Part shown: positions 40,231-52,840 of the stretch, one piece after another
Layout of the letters: the number at the start of each line of letters is the position of its first letter
Numbering within the stretch: position 1 is the first letter of the stretch
Assembly (NCBI GenBank): GCA_050183625.1
Contig: JBFXBD010000006.1
Span: 42,653-106,652 of the forward strand
Origin: Gammaproteobacteria bacterium
GTDB taxonomy: Bacteria > Pseudomonadota > Gammaproteobacteria > JADZEE01
DNA length: 64,000 bases
Direction of reading: 5' to 3'
Made by a program: the position numbers and the translations under genes
The notes under the pieces: generated by a model
Told to the model about the DNA's origin: nothing
Databases searched by the model: none
Seen by the model: only the letters and a program-made list of their open reading frames with translations

Positions 40231-43200
40231 CCCCGCGCCACGGCGGCGGCAGCCAGGAGCACTGCACGGCCCGGAACACGCGTTCCGGGTGCGGCATCAT
40301 GATCGTGACCCGGCCGTCGGCGGCGGTGAGCGCGGCGATGCCGAGCTCCGAGCCGTTGGGATTGGCCGGGTAGGCCTGTGTCGGCAGGCCGCGATTGTCG
40401 ACGTAGCGCATGGACGCCGTGCCGTCGGCGAGCACCGAGGCCGCCGTTCCGGCAGCGTCGAACGAGGCGCGCCCCTCGCCGTGCGCGACCACGATCGGCA
40501 GCCTCGCGCCCGCCATCGGCCCGAGCAGCACGGAGGCCGAGGGCAGCACTTCCACCATGACCAGCCGGGACTCGAACCGCGCCGAGGCGTTGGACAGGAA
40601 TCGCGGCCAGTGTCCGGCGCCGGGGATGAGTTCGCGCAGGTGCGCGAACATCTGGCAGCCGTTGCACACGCCGAGCGCGAAGCGATCCGGGCGGGCGACG
40701 AATGCGGCGAATGCCTCGCGGGCGCGGTCGTTGTAGAGCAGCGTGCGCGCCCAGCCGGCACCCGCGCCGAGCACGTCGCCGTAGGAGAATCCGCCGCAGG
40801 CCGCGAGCCCGGCGTAGGCGGCCGGATCGAACCGCCCGGCCACGAGATCGGTCATGTGCACGTCCACCGGCGCGAAGCCGGCGCGCTCGAAGGCGGCGGC
40901 CATCTCCACGTGTCCGTTTACGCCCTGCTCGCGCAGGATCGCGACCTTCGGCCGCGCGAGCGCGACGGCCGGTGCCGCGGCCGGCTCGGGATCGGGCACC
41001 GGCGCGAAGTGCAGGCCCGGGTCGGCGAGGTCGGCGATTACCTCGAATTCGGCATCGGCCGCCTGCGGATTGTCGCGCAGCCGGCGCATGCGGTGGTGCA
41101 CCGTGGACCAGCGCCGCAGCAGGGTGCCGAGATCCTCGTCCAGCAGCGCACGCCCGTCCCGGCGCAGCGTCAGGCGCAGCGCGTCGGCGGGGGCGCCGAT
41201 GCGGTGCGTGCAGCCGGCGAGCGCGGGGTCGCGATCGAACTCGGCGATCACGGCCGCCACGTCCTGGGCCCGTACCTGCACCACCGCGCCGAGTTCTTCG
41301 TTGAACAACGCCGCGAGTGAATCCGGGCCGAGCGGATCGAGGTCGATCGCCAGCCCGCAGCGCCCGGCGAACGCCATTTCCGCCAGGGCCGCGTACAGGC
41401 CGCCGTCGGAGCGGTCGTGATAGGCCAGCAGGAGTTCCGCATCGTTCAGGATCTGGATGGCGCGGAAGAACGCCGCCAGGCGCGGTGCGCTGTCCACGTC
41501 CGGGCAGTCGTCGCCGATCTGCCCGCAGACCTGCGCGAGCACCGACCCGCCCAGGCGCTGGCGGCCGGCCCCGAGATCCACCAGCAGCAGTTCGGTCGGC
41601 CCGCAGTCGCGCTGCAACTGCGGCGTCAGCGTGCGGCGCACGTCGGCCACCGGCGCGAAGGCGGACACGATCGGCGACACCGGCGCGATCACCGCGTGCT
41701 CGCCGCGCGCATCGCGCCAGACGGTCTTCATGGACAGGGAGTCCTTGCCGACCGGGATCGCGATGCCGAGTGCCGGGCACAGCTCCAGGCCGATCGCGGC
41801 GACCGCGTCGTACAGCCCGGCAGCGTCCGCGCCGTGGCCGGGCGCGGCCATCCAGTTTGCCGACAGCAGTACGTCCGGCAGGCGCAGGACGCGCGCTGCC
41901 GCGAGGTTGGTGAGCGCCTCGCCGACGGCCATGCGCGCCGCGGCCGCCGGATCGATGAGCGCCAGCGGCGTGCGCTCGCCGACCGCCATCGCTTCGCCGG
42001 TGAATTCGCGGAAGGAACTCGCGGTGACGGCGCAATCCGCCACCGGCACCTGCCATGGGCCGACCATCTGGTCGCGGCAGGTGAGCCCGCCCACGGTGCG
42101 GTCGCCGATGGTGATGAGGAAGCGCTTGTCGGCCACGGCCGGGAAGCCCAGCACGCGCGCCGCGGCGGTGGCGAGATCGATCCCGCCCAGATCGAGCCTG
42201 GGGCGTGGCGCATCGCGGCGGCGGGCGTCGATCGCCAGCTTGGGCGGCTTGCCCAGCATCACTTCCATGGCGATGTCGATCGGCGCGGCGCCGAGCAGGC
42301 GATCGGTGACGAGCAGGCGGCCGTCGTCGCTGGCATGCCCGACCACCGCGTACGGACAGCGCTCGCGCTCGCATGCGGCCGCCAGGCGCGGCAGCGCCGC
42401 CGGTGCGACGGTGAGCACGTAGCGCTCCTGCGCCTCGTTGCACCAGATCGCCAGCGGGCTCATGCCGGAATCGGCGTTGGGGATCTCGCGCAGTTCCAGG
42501 CGGCCGCCACGGCCGCTGCCGTGCAGGATCTCGGGGATGGCGTTCGAAAGCCCGCCCGCGCCGACGTCGTGGATCGACAGGATGGGGTTATCGGTGCCCA
42601 GGCTGCAGCACCAGTCGATCACTTCCTGGCAGCGGCGCTGCATCTCGGGGTTCGCGCGTTGCACCGAGGCGAAGTCCAGATCGGCGTCGCCGCTGCCGCT
42701 GGCGGCCGAGGACGCCGCCCCGCCCCCCAGGCCGATCAGCATCGCCGGGCCGCCGAGCACCACCACCGCGGCGCCGGCCGGGGTTTCGCGCTTGTCCACG
42801 TGCGCGGGGCGCACGTTGCCGAAGCCGCCGGCGATCATGATGGGCTTGTGGTAGCCGCGCTGTTCCGGTCCGTCCGGCCCGGGCACCGCGAGTTCGAAGT
42901 TGCGGAAGTAGCCCGCCAGCCCCGGCCGGCCGAACTCGTTGTTGAACGCCGACGCGCCCAGCGGGCCATCGAGCATGATCTCCAGCGCCGAGACGATCCG
43001 GTCCGGCTTGCCGACGCTCGCCTCCCAGGGCTGCTCGAAGCCCGGGATGCGCAGGTGCGAAACCGTGAAGCCGGTGAGCCCGGCCTTGGGGCGTGCGCCG
43101 CGGCCGGTCGCGCCCTCGTCGCGGATTTCCCCGCCGCTGCCGGTGCCGGCGCCCGGGTGCGGCGCGATCGCGGTGGGGTGGTTGTGGGTCTCGACCTTGG

Positions 43201-44092
43201 CCAGGATGTGCACGTCCTCGTCGACGAAGCCGTACTCGCGCGTGTCCGGCGCCACCAGCAGGCGGCTGGCGCGGTACCCGGCCGTGACCGCGGAGTTGTC
43301 CTGGTAGGCGGACAGCACCCGGCCGGGGTTGCGGTCCATGGTGTTGCGGATCATGGCGAACAGCGAGTGCGGCTGTTCCTGGCCGTCGATGGTCCAGCGG
43401 GCGTTGAAGATCTTGTGCCGGCAGTGTTCGGAATTGGCCTGCGCGAACATCATCAGCTCGGCGTCGGTCGGGTCGCGGCCGGCCTCGCGGTAGGCATCCA
43501 GCAGGTAGTCGATCTCGTCCGCCGACAGTGCCAGTCCCAGCGCCGCGTTCGCCTCGATAAGCGCCTCGCGGCCATGGCCGGTGACCGCCACGCTGCCGAG
43601 CGCCGCGGGTGCCGCGTGCCGGAACAGCGCATCGAGCGCGGCGCCCGGGTCCAGTACCGTCTCGGTCATGCGGTCGTGCACCAGCGCCGCGATCCCGGCG
43701 CGCCGGCCGGCGTCCAGCGGGCCGCTTGCCGTGTCCACGTACCAGTCGGTGATGCGTTCGATGCGCTCGACCGCATCCAGTCCGCAGTTGCGGGCGATGT
43801 CCGTGGCCTTGGAAGACCAGGGCGAGATCGTACCCAGCCGCGGCGCGACCACGAAGGCGGGCGTGCCGTGCGCCGCGGTGCAGGCACCGCCGAGCACCTG
43901 CAGCAGGCGCGCTGCCTGCGCACCGGCGAGCGGCCGCGAGCAGGCGACGACGTGGCGGTGCCGGGCGTCGATGCGGACCAGGTCGGGGGCGAGCGTACGG
44001 AGCCGATCCGCGATGCGGTCGAGCTGGAACGGCGTGCACGCGGGGCCGCCGGGATGGCACTGGATCTCGATGGAGGCGGGTGTGTTCGACAT
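40172..44092 (-). CDS. purL: Phosphoribosylformylglycinamidine synthase (large single-chain PurL)
   Basis: About 1300 aa with FGAM synthetase AIR-synthase-like domains and a C-terminal glutamine amidotransferase. Start set at MSNTPAS (44092). Confidence 0.9.
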   Translation of the reverse strand: MSNTPASIEIQCHPGGPACTPFQLDRIADRLRTLAPDLVRIDARHRHVVACSRPLAGAQAARLLQVLGGACTAAHGTPAFVVAPRLGTISPWSSKATDIARNCGLDAVERIERITDWYVDTASGPLDAGRRAGIAALVHDRMTETVLDPGAALDALFRHAAPAALGSVAVTGHGREALIEANAALGLALSADEIDYLLDAYREAGRDPTDAELMMFAQANSEHCRHKIFNARWTIDGQEQPHSLFAMIRNTMDRNPGRVLSAYQDNSAVTAGYRASRLLVAPDTREYGFVDEDVHILAKVETHNHPTAIAPHPGAGTGSGGEIRDEGATGRGARPKAGLTGFTVSHLRIPGFEQPWEASVGKPDRIVSALEIMLDGPLGASAFNNEFGRPGLAGYFRNFELAVPGPDGPEQRGYHKPIMIAGGFGNVRPAHVDKRETPAGAAVVVLGGPAMLIGLGGGAASSAASGSGDADLDFASVQRANPEMQRRCQEVIDWCCSLGTDNPILSIHDVGAGGLSNAIPEILHGSGRGGRLELREIPNADSGMSPLAIWCNEAQERYVLTVAPAALPRLAAACERERCPYAVVGHASDDGRLLVTDRLLGAAPIDIAMEVMLGKPPKLAIDARRRDAPRPRLDLGGIDLATAAARVLGFPAVADKRFLITIGDRTVGGLTCRDQMVGPWQVPVADCAVTASSFREFTGEAMAVGERTPLALIDPAAAARMAVGEALTNLAAARVLRLPDVLLSANWMAAPGHGADAAGLYDAVAAIGLELCPALGIAIPVGKDSLSMKTVWRDARGEHAVIAPVSPIVSAFAPVADVRRTLTPQLQRDCGPTELLLVDLGAGRQRLGGSVLAQVCGQIGDDCPDVDSAPRLAAFFRAIQILNDAELLLAYHDRSDGGLYAALAEMAFAGRCGLAIDLDPLGPDSLAALFNEELGAVVQVRAQDVAAVIAEFDRDPALAGCTHRIGAPADALRLTLRRDGRALLDEDLGTLLRRWSTVHHRMRRLRDNPQAADAEFEVIADLADPGLHFAPVPDPEPAAAPAVALARPKVAILREQGVNGHVEMAAAFERAGFAPVDVHMTDLVAGRFDPAAYAGLAACGGFSYGDVLGAGAGWARTLLYNDRAREAFAAFVARPDRFALGVCNGCQMFAHLRELIPGAGHWPRFLSNASARFESRLVMVEVLPSASVLLGPMAGARLPIVVAHGEGRASFDAAGTAASVLADGTASMRYVDNRGLPTQAYPANPNGSELGIAALTAADGRVTIMMPHPERVFRAVQCSWLPPPWRGDDGPWLPMFRAARRFARDC

Positions 44093-44226
44093 GGCCGGCG
44101 CGACGCGGGCCATGATACGTGATGCGGCGGGGCCTGTCCCGGCGGGCGTGACGGCGCCGGGGTCGAGCCCGCGCCGTATCCCGCACCGGTCGCGCGCATG
44201 GCCTGCGCGCCCGCCTCGGGTAGACT

Positions 44227-45792
44227 GTGGCGATGAACGACGATGCGGCCGACACCCTTGCCCGCCTGATCGCGCGCTGCGTTGCGCGATTCGGCGCGCG
44301 GCCGGCCCTGGTCGATGGCGATCGGCGCTGGACCTACGCCGCCCTGGATCGCGATCGCCGCGCCGCCGCGCGCGCCTTCATCGCCGCCGGCGTGCAGCCC
44401 GGGGATCGGGTCTGCCTGTGGGCGCCGAACAGCGCGGAGTGGATCATCGCCTGCCTGGGCCTGCAATCGGCCGGCGCCGTGCTCGTGCCGACCAAACCGC
44501 GCTACCAGGGTGGCGCGGCGGCGGACAACGTCCGCCGCAGCGGCGCGCGGATCGCGGTGACCGCCGGCGAGGTCCTCGGTGTCGACTATCCGGCGGCGCT
44601 GCGCGCGCAGCGCCTGCCTGCGCTGGAGCGGATCGTGGTCCTCGGCGCAGCCGATGCCGCGGACGACGGCTGGGCACGGTTCCTCGCCGCAGGCGAAGCG
44701 GTCGATCCGGCGCTCGCCGAGGCACGTGCGCAGGCCGTCGGGCCCGACGATCTCAGCGACATCATGTTCACCTCCGGGACCACCGGCCAGTCCAAGGGCG
44801 TGATGCTGTCCCATGCGCAGACCGTCCGCACCTACACCGGCTGGTCGCAGTCGGTCGGCCTGTGCGCGGACGATCGCTACCTTGTCCCGGCACCGTTCTT
44901 CCATTCGTTCGGCTACAAGGCCGGCTGGCTGGCAGGCTTCATCGCCGGCGCGGCGGTCTACCCGCTGGCGGTATTCGAGGTCGATCCCGTGCTGGCGCTG
45001 ATCCAGCGCGAGCGCATCACCTGCCTGCCCGGGCCGCCGACGATCTTCCTGTCCATCCTCGCGCACCCCCGGCGCGCCGCGTTCGATCTCTCCAGCCTGC
45101 GGCTGGTGGCCACCGGCGCGGCCAACGTCCCGGTGGAGATGGTGCGACGGTTGCGCACCGAGATGGGCATCGGCGTCGTGCTGACCGGCTACGGGCTGAC
45201 CGAGGCCAGTGCGACCGTGTCCATGAGCCGGCATGATGACGACCCCGAAGTGATCGCCACGACCGTCGGCAGGCCGATCGCCGGCGTGGAAGTGCGCTGC
45301 GTGGACGCGCGGGGGCGGTCGGTAGCGGTCGGCGAGCCGGGCGAAATCCTGGTGCGCGGCTACAATGTGATGCGCGGCTACCTGGACGATCCGGCCGCGA
45401 CCGCCGCCGCGATCGACGCCGAGGGCTTCCTGCACACCGGCGACGTCGGGGTGATCGATGAGCGCGGCTACCTGCGGATCACGGATCGGATCAAGGACAT
45501 GTTCATCGTCGGCGGGTTCAACTGCTACCCGGCCGAGATCGAGAACACGCTGTACCGCATGCCGGGGATCGCGCAGGTGGCGGTGATCGGGGTGCCCGAC
45601 GCGCGCATGGGCGAGGTCGGCAAGGCGTTCATCGTGCGCAAGGCCGGCGCCGATCTCGCCGCGGACGACGTCGTCGCCTGGTGCCGCGCCGAGATGGCGA
45701 ACTACAAGGTGCCGCGCCACGTCGAGTTCGTCGACGCCCTGCCCCTGAACGCCTCGGGCAAGGTCTTGAAGCACCAGTTGCGGGCGTCATGA
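44227..45792 (+). CDS. ANL-superfamily acyl-CoA synthetase (AMP-forming)
   Basis: AMP-binding motif [16 protein letters not shown] and C-terminal ligase-family lysine region. Confidence 0.85.
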   Translation: MAMNDDAADTLARLIARCVARFGARPALVDGDRRWTYAALDRDRRAAARAFIAAGVQPGDRVCLWAPNSAEWIIACLGLQSAGAVLVPTKPRYQGGAAADNVRRSGARIAVTAGEVLGVDYPAALRAQRLPALERIVVLGAADAADDGWARFLAAGEAVDPALAEARAQAVGPDDLSDIMFTSGTTGQSKGVMLSHAQTVRTYTGWSQSVGLCADDRYLVPAPFFHSFGYKAGWLAGFIAGAAVYPLAVFEVDPVLALIQRERITCLPGPPTIFLSILAHPRRAAFDLSSLRLVATGAANVPVEMVRRLRTEMGIGVVLTGYGLTEASATVSMSRHDDDPEVIATTVGRPIAGVEVRCVDARGRSVAVGEPGEILVRGYNVMRGYLDDPAATAAAIDAEGFLHTGDVGVIDERGYLRITDRIKDMFIVGGFNCYPAEIENTLYRMPGIAQVAVIGVPDARMGEVGKAFIVRKAGADLAADDVVAWCRAEMANYKVPRHVEFVDALPLNASGKVLKHQLRAS

Positions 45793-45912
45793 GCAGCGGC
45801 GCCATCGCCGCGAGTCCGAACCCGGAATGTCCCCGGTCCCCGCACTCGCCGGCCGTGCGGGTTCACCTGGATCCTGGCGCCAAAGCGCCCCTTGTACACG
45901 GAGGATGAAAGC

Positions 45913-46896
45913 ATGAACGTACGTCAATCGACCCGTTGCGCCGCCGCGCTCGTCCTGGCGCTTGGCGCCGGCAGCGCCGGCGCCCGGACCATCGGCATCA
46001 TGGGCGACAGCCTTTCCGATACCGGCAATCTGTCGGCCGCGCTGAGCTCGGTGTCGTTCGGCCTGGTCGACATCCCGTCGAGCGACACCTACTACCAGGG
46101 CCGGTTCTCCAACGGTCCGATCTGGGTCGATTATCTAGAGTCCGCCAATCCGCAATGGTCCGTGGTCAGCATTGCCGTCGGCGGCGCCTACACCGGCAGG
46201 TACGGTGAAGTCGACAACACGGGAGACAACGATTTCGCGGCGGTGCCGATCTTCGGCGGTGCCTTGCAGAACGCGGCGACCGGGCTGGCGTCGCAGCGGG
46301 ATTCGGTGCCCGACCTGCACGGTACGGACGTTTCCGTGGTGATCTGGGCCGGGGCGAACGACCTGCTGTATGCCGCGGACCTGGGCTACGCAACCGCGTC
46401 CGACATCGTCACTCAGGCCATCGCCAACATCGGCGCGGCGGTCGACGCGATGCTGGCCAAGGGCGCGGACGGCGTGTACGTCGTCAACATGCCGGATCTC
46501 GGGCGCACGCCGCGCGCGCTGGTGGAGGGACGGCAGGGCGAACTGACCGCGGCGGCCAGCCTGTTCAACCAGCAGCTCGCGATCGATGTCATCGACACAG
46601 CCATGGGCGTGCGGCTGATCGACGTCGCCACGCCGTTCGCTGCGCTGCTCGACGCGCCCCTCGACTTCGGGTTCACGAACGTGACCCAGGGTTGCTTGGA
46701 CGATTTGTTCGACACCACGCCCTGCGCCGATGCGCAGGGGTTGTTGTTCTGGGACGAGTTGCATCCAACGACCGCGGGGCACGCCGCGATTGCCCAGGCG
46801 TTCCAGGATGCGCTGGCGCCGGTACCCGTGCCGCCGGCGCTGCCGCTGCTGGCGGGCGGCCTCGCGCTTCTCTGGCGCCGCCGGTCCGCGGCCTGA
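45913..46896 (+). CDS. Secreted SGNH/GDSL lipase/esterase with PEP-CTERM-like C-terminal sorting signal
   Basis: Signal peptide, GDSLSDTGN block I, …GANDL…, and a C-terminal DxxH catalytic pair. The tail reads VPVPPALPLLAGGLALLWRRRSAA: a Pro-rich motif, a hydrophobic helix, then a basic cluster. Confidence 0.75.
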   Translation: MNVRQSTRCAAALVLALGAGSAGARTIGIMGDSLSDTGNLSAALSSVSFGLVDIPSSDTYYQGRFSNGPIWVDYLESANPQWSVVSIAVGGAYTGRYGEVDNTGDNDFAAVPIFGGALQNAATGLASQRDSVPDLHGTDVSVVIWAGANDLLYAADLGYATASDIVTQAIANIGAAVDAMLAKGADGVYVVNMPDLGRTPRALVEGRQGELTAAASLFNQQLAIDVIDTAMGVRLIDVATPFAALLDAPLDFGFTNVTQGCLDDLFDTTPCADAQGLLFWDELHPTTAGHAAIAQAFQDALAPVPVPPALPLLAGGLALLWRRRSAA

Positions 46897-46897
46897 C

Positions 46898-48556
<1,659 letters not shown>

Positions 48557-48655
48557 GGCCGCCACCGAAGGCCGTGGAGCCTGCGGGGGCGCGCATTCGT
48601 CACCGCGGCGGATGTGGGCGGTGCGTCCGTGCGCCGGAGCAGGAGCAATCGGAAG

Positions 48656-49483
48656 ATGAGCGACGCAGAACCCGAAGTGCTGTACACCGCCGCGGATGGC
48701 GTTGCGGTGGTGACGCTCAATCGTCCGGCGGCGCGCAACGCCATGACCTACGAGATGGCGGTGCAGTTGCGGCAGGCGATGCTGCGGGCGCAGGGCGAGG
48801 AAGCCGTGCGAATCGTCGTGCTCACCGGGGCGGGCGCTGCGTTCTGCGTCGGGCTCGACGTCAACGCCATCGTCTCGACCGCCGACCACGGCGCACCGCA
48901 GCGTTACATCGGCGCACTGCACTGGCCGCTCGATCCGGCGATGCGCCACGACTACCAGGCCACGCACAATTATTTCCCGGGCATCGACAAGCCCATCATC
49001 GGCATGCTGAACGGCGCCACGGCCGGCCTCGGCCTCATCTACGCGGCGTTCTGCGACTTGTGCTTCGCCGCCGACAGCGCGGTGTTCAGCACCAGCTTCG
49101 CCCGCCGGGCGGTCGCGGCGGAGTACGGCATCGCGTGGTTGCTGCCGCGCCTGGTCGGGCAGGCGCGGGCGGCGGATCTGCTGCTGTCCGCGCGCAGGTT
49201 CGATGCGGCGGAGGCACTGCAAATCGGGCTCGTGGCGCGCGTGTATCCACGTGCCCGCCTGGAGGCGGAAACGATGGCGTACGCGCAGGACATCGCGCTC
49301 AATTGCGGGCCGCTGGCGCTGAGCGCCATCAAGCGCCAGCTCTGGGAGGCGCCGTTCCAGACGCTCGCCGAAGCCAACATGCTGTACAAGCGCCTGCTGA
49401 AGACCTGCACGGATTCCGCCGATCTGCGTGAAGCCGCGCTCAGCTTCCTGGAGAAGCGTCCGCCGCGATTCACCGGGCGGTGA
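48656..49483 (+). CDS. Enoyl-CoA hydratase/isomerase
   Basis: Crotonase fold (VVTLNRPAARNAM…GAGAAFCVGLD). Confidence 0.85.
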   Translation: MSDAEPEVLYTAADGVAVVTLNRPAARNAMTYEMAVQLRQAMLRAQGEEAVRIVVLTGAGAAFCVGLDVNAIVSTADHGAPQRYIGALHWPLDPAMRHDYQATHNYFPGIDKPIIGMLNGATAGLGLIYAAFCDLCFAADSAVFSTSFARRAVAAEYGIAWLLPRLVGQARAADLLLSARRFDAAEALQIGLVARVYPRARLEAETMAYAQDIALNCGPLALSAIKRQLWEAPFQTLAEANMLYKRLLKTCTDSADLREAALSFLEKRPPRFTGR

Positions 49484-49560
49484 GTGCGCGGGAACGCGGC
49501 GGACCTGACCGGCGATGCCGGGCGGTGTTTCATGGCCCGCCGCGATCCGCGGCGCGAGGC

Positions 49561-50625
49561 TCAGGGTTGTGCCTGGTAGACCAGGTTGAACGGCGTATGG
49601 CAGGCCCGGCGGAAGCGGGTGAAGCCGGCGTCGGTGACGACCGCGCGCATCCTTGCTTCGCCGGCCTGCGCGCCGAGCGCCAGCCCCACCTCCTGGGCCA
49701 TCGAGCAGGGCGTGCAGATCAGGGTGGAGCCGGCGTAGAAAGCCCGTCCGATCGGATTGAGGTTCTCCTCCACCCGATCGCCGGCGTAGGGTTCGACGAT
49801 CATCCACGAGCCCTGCGGCGCGAGCGCGGACAGGACGTGGCGCGAAGCGCCCACCGGATCGCCCATGTCGTGCAGCGCGTCGAACACGGTGATGAAGTCG
49901 TATCCGGTGCCGGCGAACGTCTTGGCGGTCGACACCTCGAACCGGCAGCGCCCGGCCACGCCCGCCTCGCGTGCGCGCTCGCGCGCGGTGGCGATCGATT
50001 CGGCATGGCCGTCGAAGCCGATGAATTCGGACTCGGGGTAGGCCCGTGCCATCAGGATGGTCGATGCGCCGTGGCCGCAGCCGATGTCCGCGACCTGCGC
50101 GCCGGCCAGCAAACGTTCGTGCATCCCGTTCACGGCCGGGATCCAGTGCTGGATCAGGTTGCCGACGTAGCCGGGGCGGAAGAAGCGCTCGATGCCATGG
50201 AACAAGGCGTGATCGTGCTCGTGCCAGCCGACGCCTTCGCCGCTGCGGAAGGCGTCGGCGAGCCGGTCGTGGATGCGGCTCGCGGCCAGCGTGGTCTGGA
50301 AGGCGCCGACCACGAACGCGGGGCTTTCCTCGTCGGCGAACATCGCCGCCTGCTCGGGCGTGAGCACGTAGCGGCCGCTCGGTGCGAGGTACTGCACGTA
50401 GCCGGAAGCCGCGTGCGCGTTCAGCCACTCGCGTACGTAGCGCTCGTGGGTGCCGGTTCGATCGGCCAGTTCGGTGGATGTCATGGCGCCGTGGTCGGCG
50501 AGCGCACGATACAGCCCGAGCCGGTCGCCGATCAGCACCAGCGGGGCTAGCGAGACGGCGCCGAAGTCGACGATGGCCCGTCCGAGCAGTTCATTGAGCT
50601 TGGATTCGTCAATGCGGGTTTGCAT
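49561..50625 (-). CDS. Class I SAM-dependent methyltransferase with N-terminal winged-helix dimerisation domain
   Basis: VADIGCGHGAST motif I. Start set at MQTRIDE (50625) with an AGGAGG RBS. The ORF extends to 50973 into repeat DNA. Confidence 0.75.
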   Translation of the reverse strand: MQTRIDESKLNELLGRAIVDFGAVSLAPLVLIGDRLGLYRALADHGAMTSTELADRTGTHERYVREWLNAHAASGYVQYLAPSGRYVLTPEQAAMFADEESPAFVVGAFQTTLAASRIHDRLADAFRSGEGVGWHEHDHALFHGIERFFRPGYVGNLIQHWIPAVNGMHERLLAGAQVADIGCGHGASTILMARAYPESEFIGFDGHAESIATARERAREAGVAGRCRFEVSTAKTFAGTGYDFITVFDALHDMGDPVGASRHVLSALAPQGSWMIVEPYAGDRVEENLNPIGRAFYAGSTLICTPCSMAQEVGLALGAQAGEARMRAVVTDAGFTRFRRACHTPFNLVYQAQP

Positions 50626-50848
50626 GAGTGCCTCCTTCGGGTTCAACGAGCCCGCATTCTCGGCTCGACTCCAGGCCGGTGCTTTGCAGCGCGGCCGCGA
50701 TAATTGACCGATGCGCGCGTGAACGCCGCGCGCTTGACCGCCCGGCCGGAAACATTGCCTGCGCGGCCGGCGATCAGTGAACCGCCCCGGGTCATCGCGA
50801 GGCCGAACCGGGGTGGCCCCGGCCGATTGCAGCCATGATCCGCGCCTT

Positions 50849-51149
50849 CGTCGTCGCGAGCGCAGCGAAGCGACCCACGCGGCCTCGATGGCGGCGGCGC
50901 GTGGATTGCTTCGTCGCTTCGCTCCTCGCAATGACGGCGTGCGGTTCCTGGATAGCGCAGCGAAGCAATGCATGCCGCCTCGACATCGTTGGCGAAGCGT
51001 GGGTGGCCGCGCCCGCTACGCGGGCTCGCAACGACGGAGTGCGGTTCAGGCGTTGGCGGCGCTGCGGCCGCTGCAATCCACGCGCAGCCGGTGGCATCGA
51101 GGCCGCTTGGGTCGCTTCGCTGCGCTCGCGACGACGAATCGCGGGCATG
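50849..51149. repeat. MITE/REP-like element of about 300 bp bounded by about 50 bp imperfect terminal inverted repeats, with internal direct repeats and hairpins
   Basis: 50849–50899 TTCGTCGTCGCGAGCGCAGCGAAGCGACCCACGCGGCCTCGATGG is the reverse complement (about 90% identity) of 51099–51149. Two internal direct repeats are present: GCGCAGCGAAGC…GCCTCGA twice, and CGCAA(T/C)GACGG(C/A)GTGCGGTTC twice. Confidence 0.6.
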
Positions 51150-51225
51150 TGACGGCGTCCGGGTGCGCCCGCAAACGGCTGCGCGGGCGGGCCGTCGCGG
51201 TGCCGGCCGGCCTCTGGTAGTCTGA

Positions 51226-52230
51226 TTGGCGATGGACGCTCTCTCGGAGCTTCTGCGCGCCGTCAAGCTGTCCGGCGCGATGTTCTTCAATGCCGAGTGC
51301 GTGGCGCCCTGGTGCGTGCGATCGCCGGCGTCCGAGGCGTTCGCTCCCTACGTCGCCACGGCCGCCAGCCGGATCATCGAGTTTCATCTCATCGCCGACG
51401 GGCGCGGCTACATCCGGGTCGGCGAGGAGGCGACGCCGCTGACCGCCGGCGACATCGTCATGCTTCCGCATGGTGATCCGCACTTCATGGGCAACGGACA
51501 GGGCGGTGAAACCGTCGACGGTTCGGCGGACCTGCCCAGGATGCTCAGTGGCCGGATCGAACTCTCCCGGATGGGGGGCGGGGAAGGCGAACGCACGCGC
51601 CTGATCTGCGGCTATCTCGCCTGCGAGGCGCGGATGATCCTACGCGTGCTGGCGGGGTTGCCACGCGTGCTGCGCGTCCACATACGCCAGGATCCGTATG
51701 GCGAGCTGCTCGAGAACATGATCCGCCACGCGGTCAATCAGGTCACCGACGCAACGCCGGGCGGCGATGCGATCGCGGCCCGCATGGCGGAAGTCCTGTT
51801 CGCCGAGGTGTTGCGCCGCTACGTGCTGCAATTGCCCTCGGGCCGTACCGGCTGGCTGGCCGGCGCGGCCGATCCCGGCATCGGCAGGGCGCTCGCGGCC
51901 ATGCACCAGCGGCCGGGGCATGCATGGTCCCTGGACCTTCTGGCACGCGAGGCGGGCGTGTCGCGCTCGGTGCTCACGGAGCGCTTCGCGCGTTATCTCG
52001 GCCAGGCCCCGATGGCCTATCTGGCCGACTGGCGCCTGGAACTGGGTGCCGAGTCGCTGCGCACCACCAGCCGCAGCGTGGTGCAGATCGCCGAGGAAGT
52101 GGGGTACGAGTCGCAGGCCGCCTTCAATCGCGCTTTCAAGCGCCGGTTTTCCACCCCGCCGGCCCGCTATCGCCGGAGCTGGAGGACCGGGCGCCCGCAG
52201 GGCGAGCGCTTCGGCGAACAACTGCGCTGA
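51226..52230 (+). CDS. AraC/XylS-family transcriptional regulator (N-terminal cupin sensor + C-terminal HTH)
   Basis: C-terminal dual HTH with AraC signature (…SVVQIAEEVGYESQAAFNRAFKRRF…). Confidence 0.85.
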   Translation: MAMDALSELLRAVKLSGAMFFNAECVAPWCVRSPASEAFAPYVATAASRIIEFHLIADGRGYIRVGEEATPLTAGDIVMLPHGDPHFMGNGQGGETVDGSADLPRMLSGRIELSRMGGGEGERTRLICGYLACEARMILRVLAGLPRVLRVHIRQDPYGELLENMIRHAVNQVTDATPGGDAIAARMAEVLFAEVLRRYVLQLPSGRTGWLAGAADPGIGRALAAMHQRPGHAWSLDLLAREAGVSRSVLTERFARYLGQAPMAYLADWRLELGAESLRTTSRSVVQIAEEVGYESQAAFNRAFKRRFSTPPARYRRSWRTGRPQGERFGEQLR

Positions 52231-52278
52231 TCGAGCGCGGGCCCGAACGCCACCGACACCCGCTGGCTTGGACAGCCG

Positions 52279-52794
52279 TCAGGCCGGGGTCGGAAATCCC
52301 AGCGCCTTCCACTTCTCGGCGTTCGCGGCCACGCCGTCGGCGATCGCCTTCCAGCGCGCGGGGCTGGTCTCGGTGATTCTCATGTCGAACGAGGTGGCGC
52401 CGCGGAACTCCAGCACTTCCACCCCGTCGGGCCCGGCCTCGTAGCCGTAGGGCTGGTGGGCCGGCAGGAAGAAGCCGCCGCCGGCTTCGAACGTGCGGTT
52501 GCCCATGCGCAGGCTGCCGGCAACGACGTAGTACAGGCAGTCGACGTCATGGGTGTGGCGCACGAGCTTGAAGTCCGGCGCGAAGCGCAGGCGCACCAGG
52601 CTCAGGCCGGCCTTGGGATCGCAGAACACGACGCGCATGTCCGCGCCCTGGGCGAGCAGCGCGCCGGTCGCCTCGGGGTCGATTCCGGGCGGGAACGTGA
52701 TCGGCTGCATGATCTCGTAGTTGTCGGCGACGGCGTTGCCGTCGAACGTCGAAAACCGGGCATCGTCTGCTGTTTCGGTTGCGGTCGTGTTCAT
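52279..52794 (-). CDS. Cupin-domain protein
   Basis: Small beta-barrel cupin with HTHD…YYV region, 171 aa. Confidence 0.6.
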   Translation of the reverse strand: MNTTATETADDARFSTFDGNAVADNYEIMQPITFPPGIDPEATGALLAQGADMRVVFCDPKAGLSLVRLRFAPDFKLVRHTHDVDCLYYVVAGSLRMGNRTFEAGGGFFLPAHQPYGYEAGPDGVEVLEFRGATSFDMRITETSPARWKAIADGVAANAEKWKALGFPTPA

Positions 52795-52840
52795 CCGAAT
52801 GGCTCCTGATGGCGGTCGGGCCGATGGCTGGAGCGCACCT

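Noticed and set aside
50849-51149. CRISPR array
   Set aside because: The repeats are imperfect, of different lengths, partly inverted, and not regularly spaced with unique spacers. No cas genes are present. This is a MITE/REP-like element, not CRISPR.
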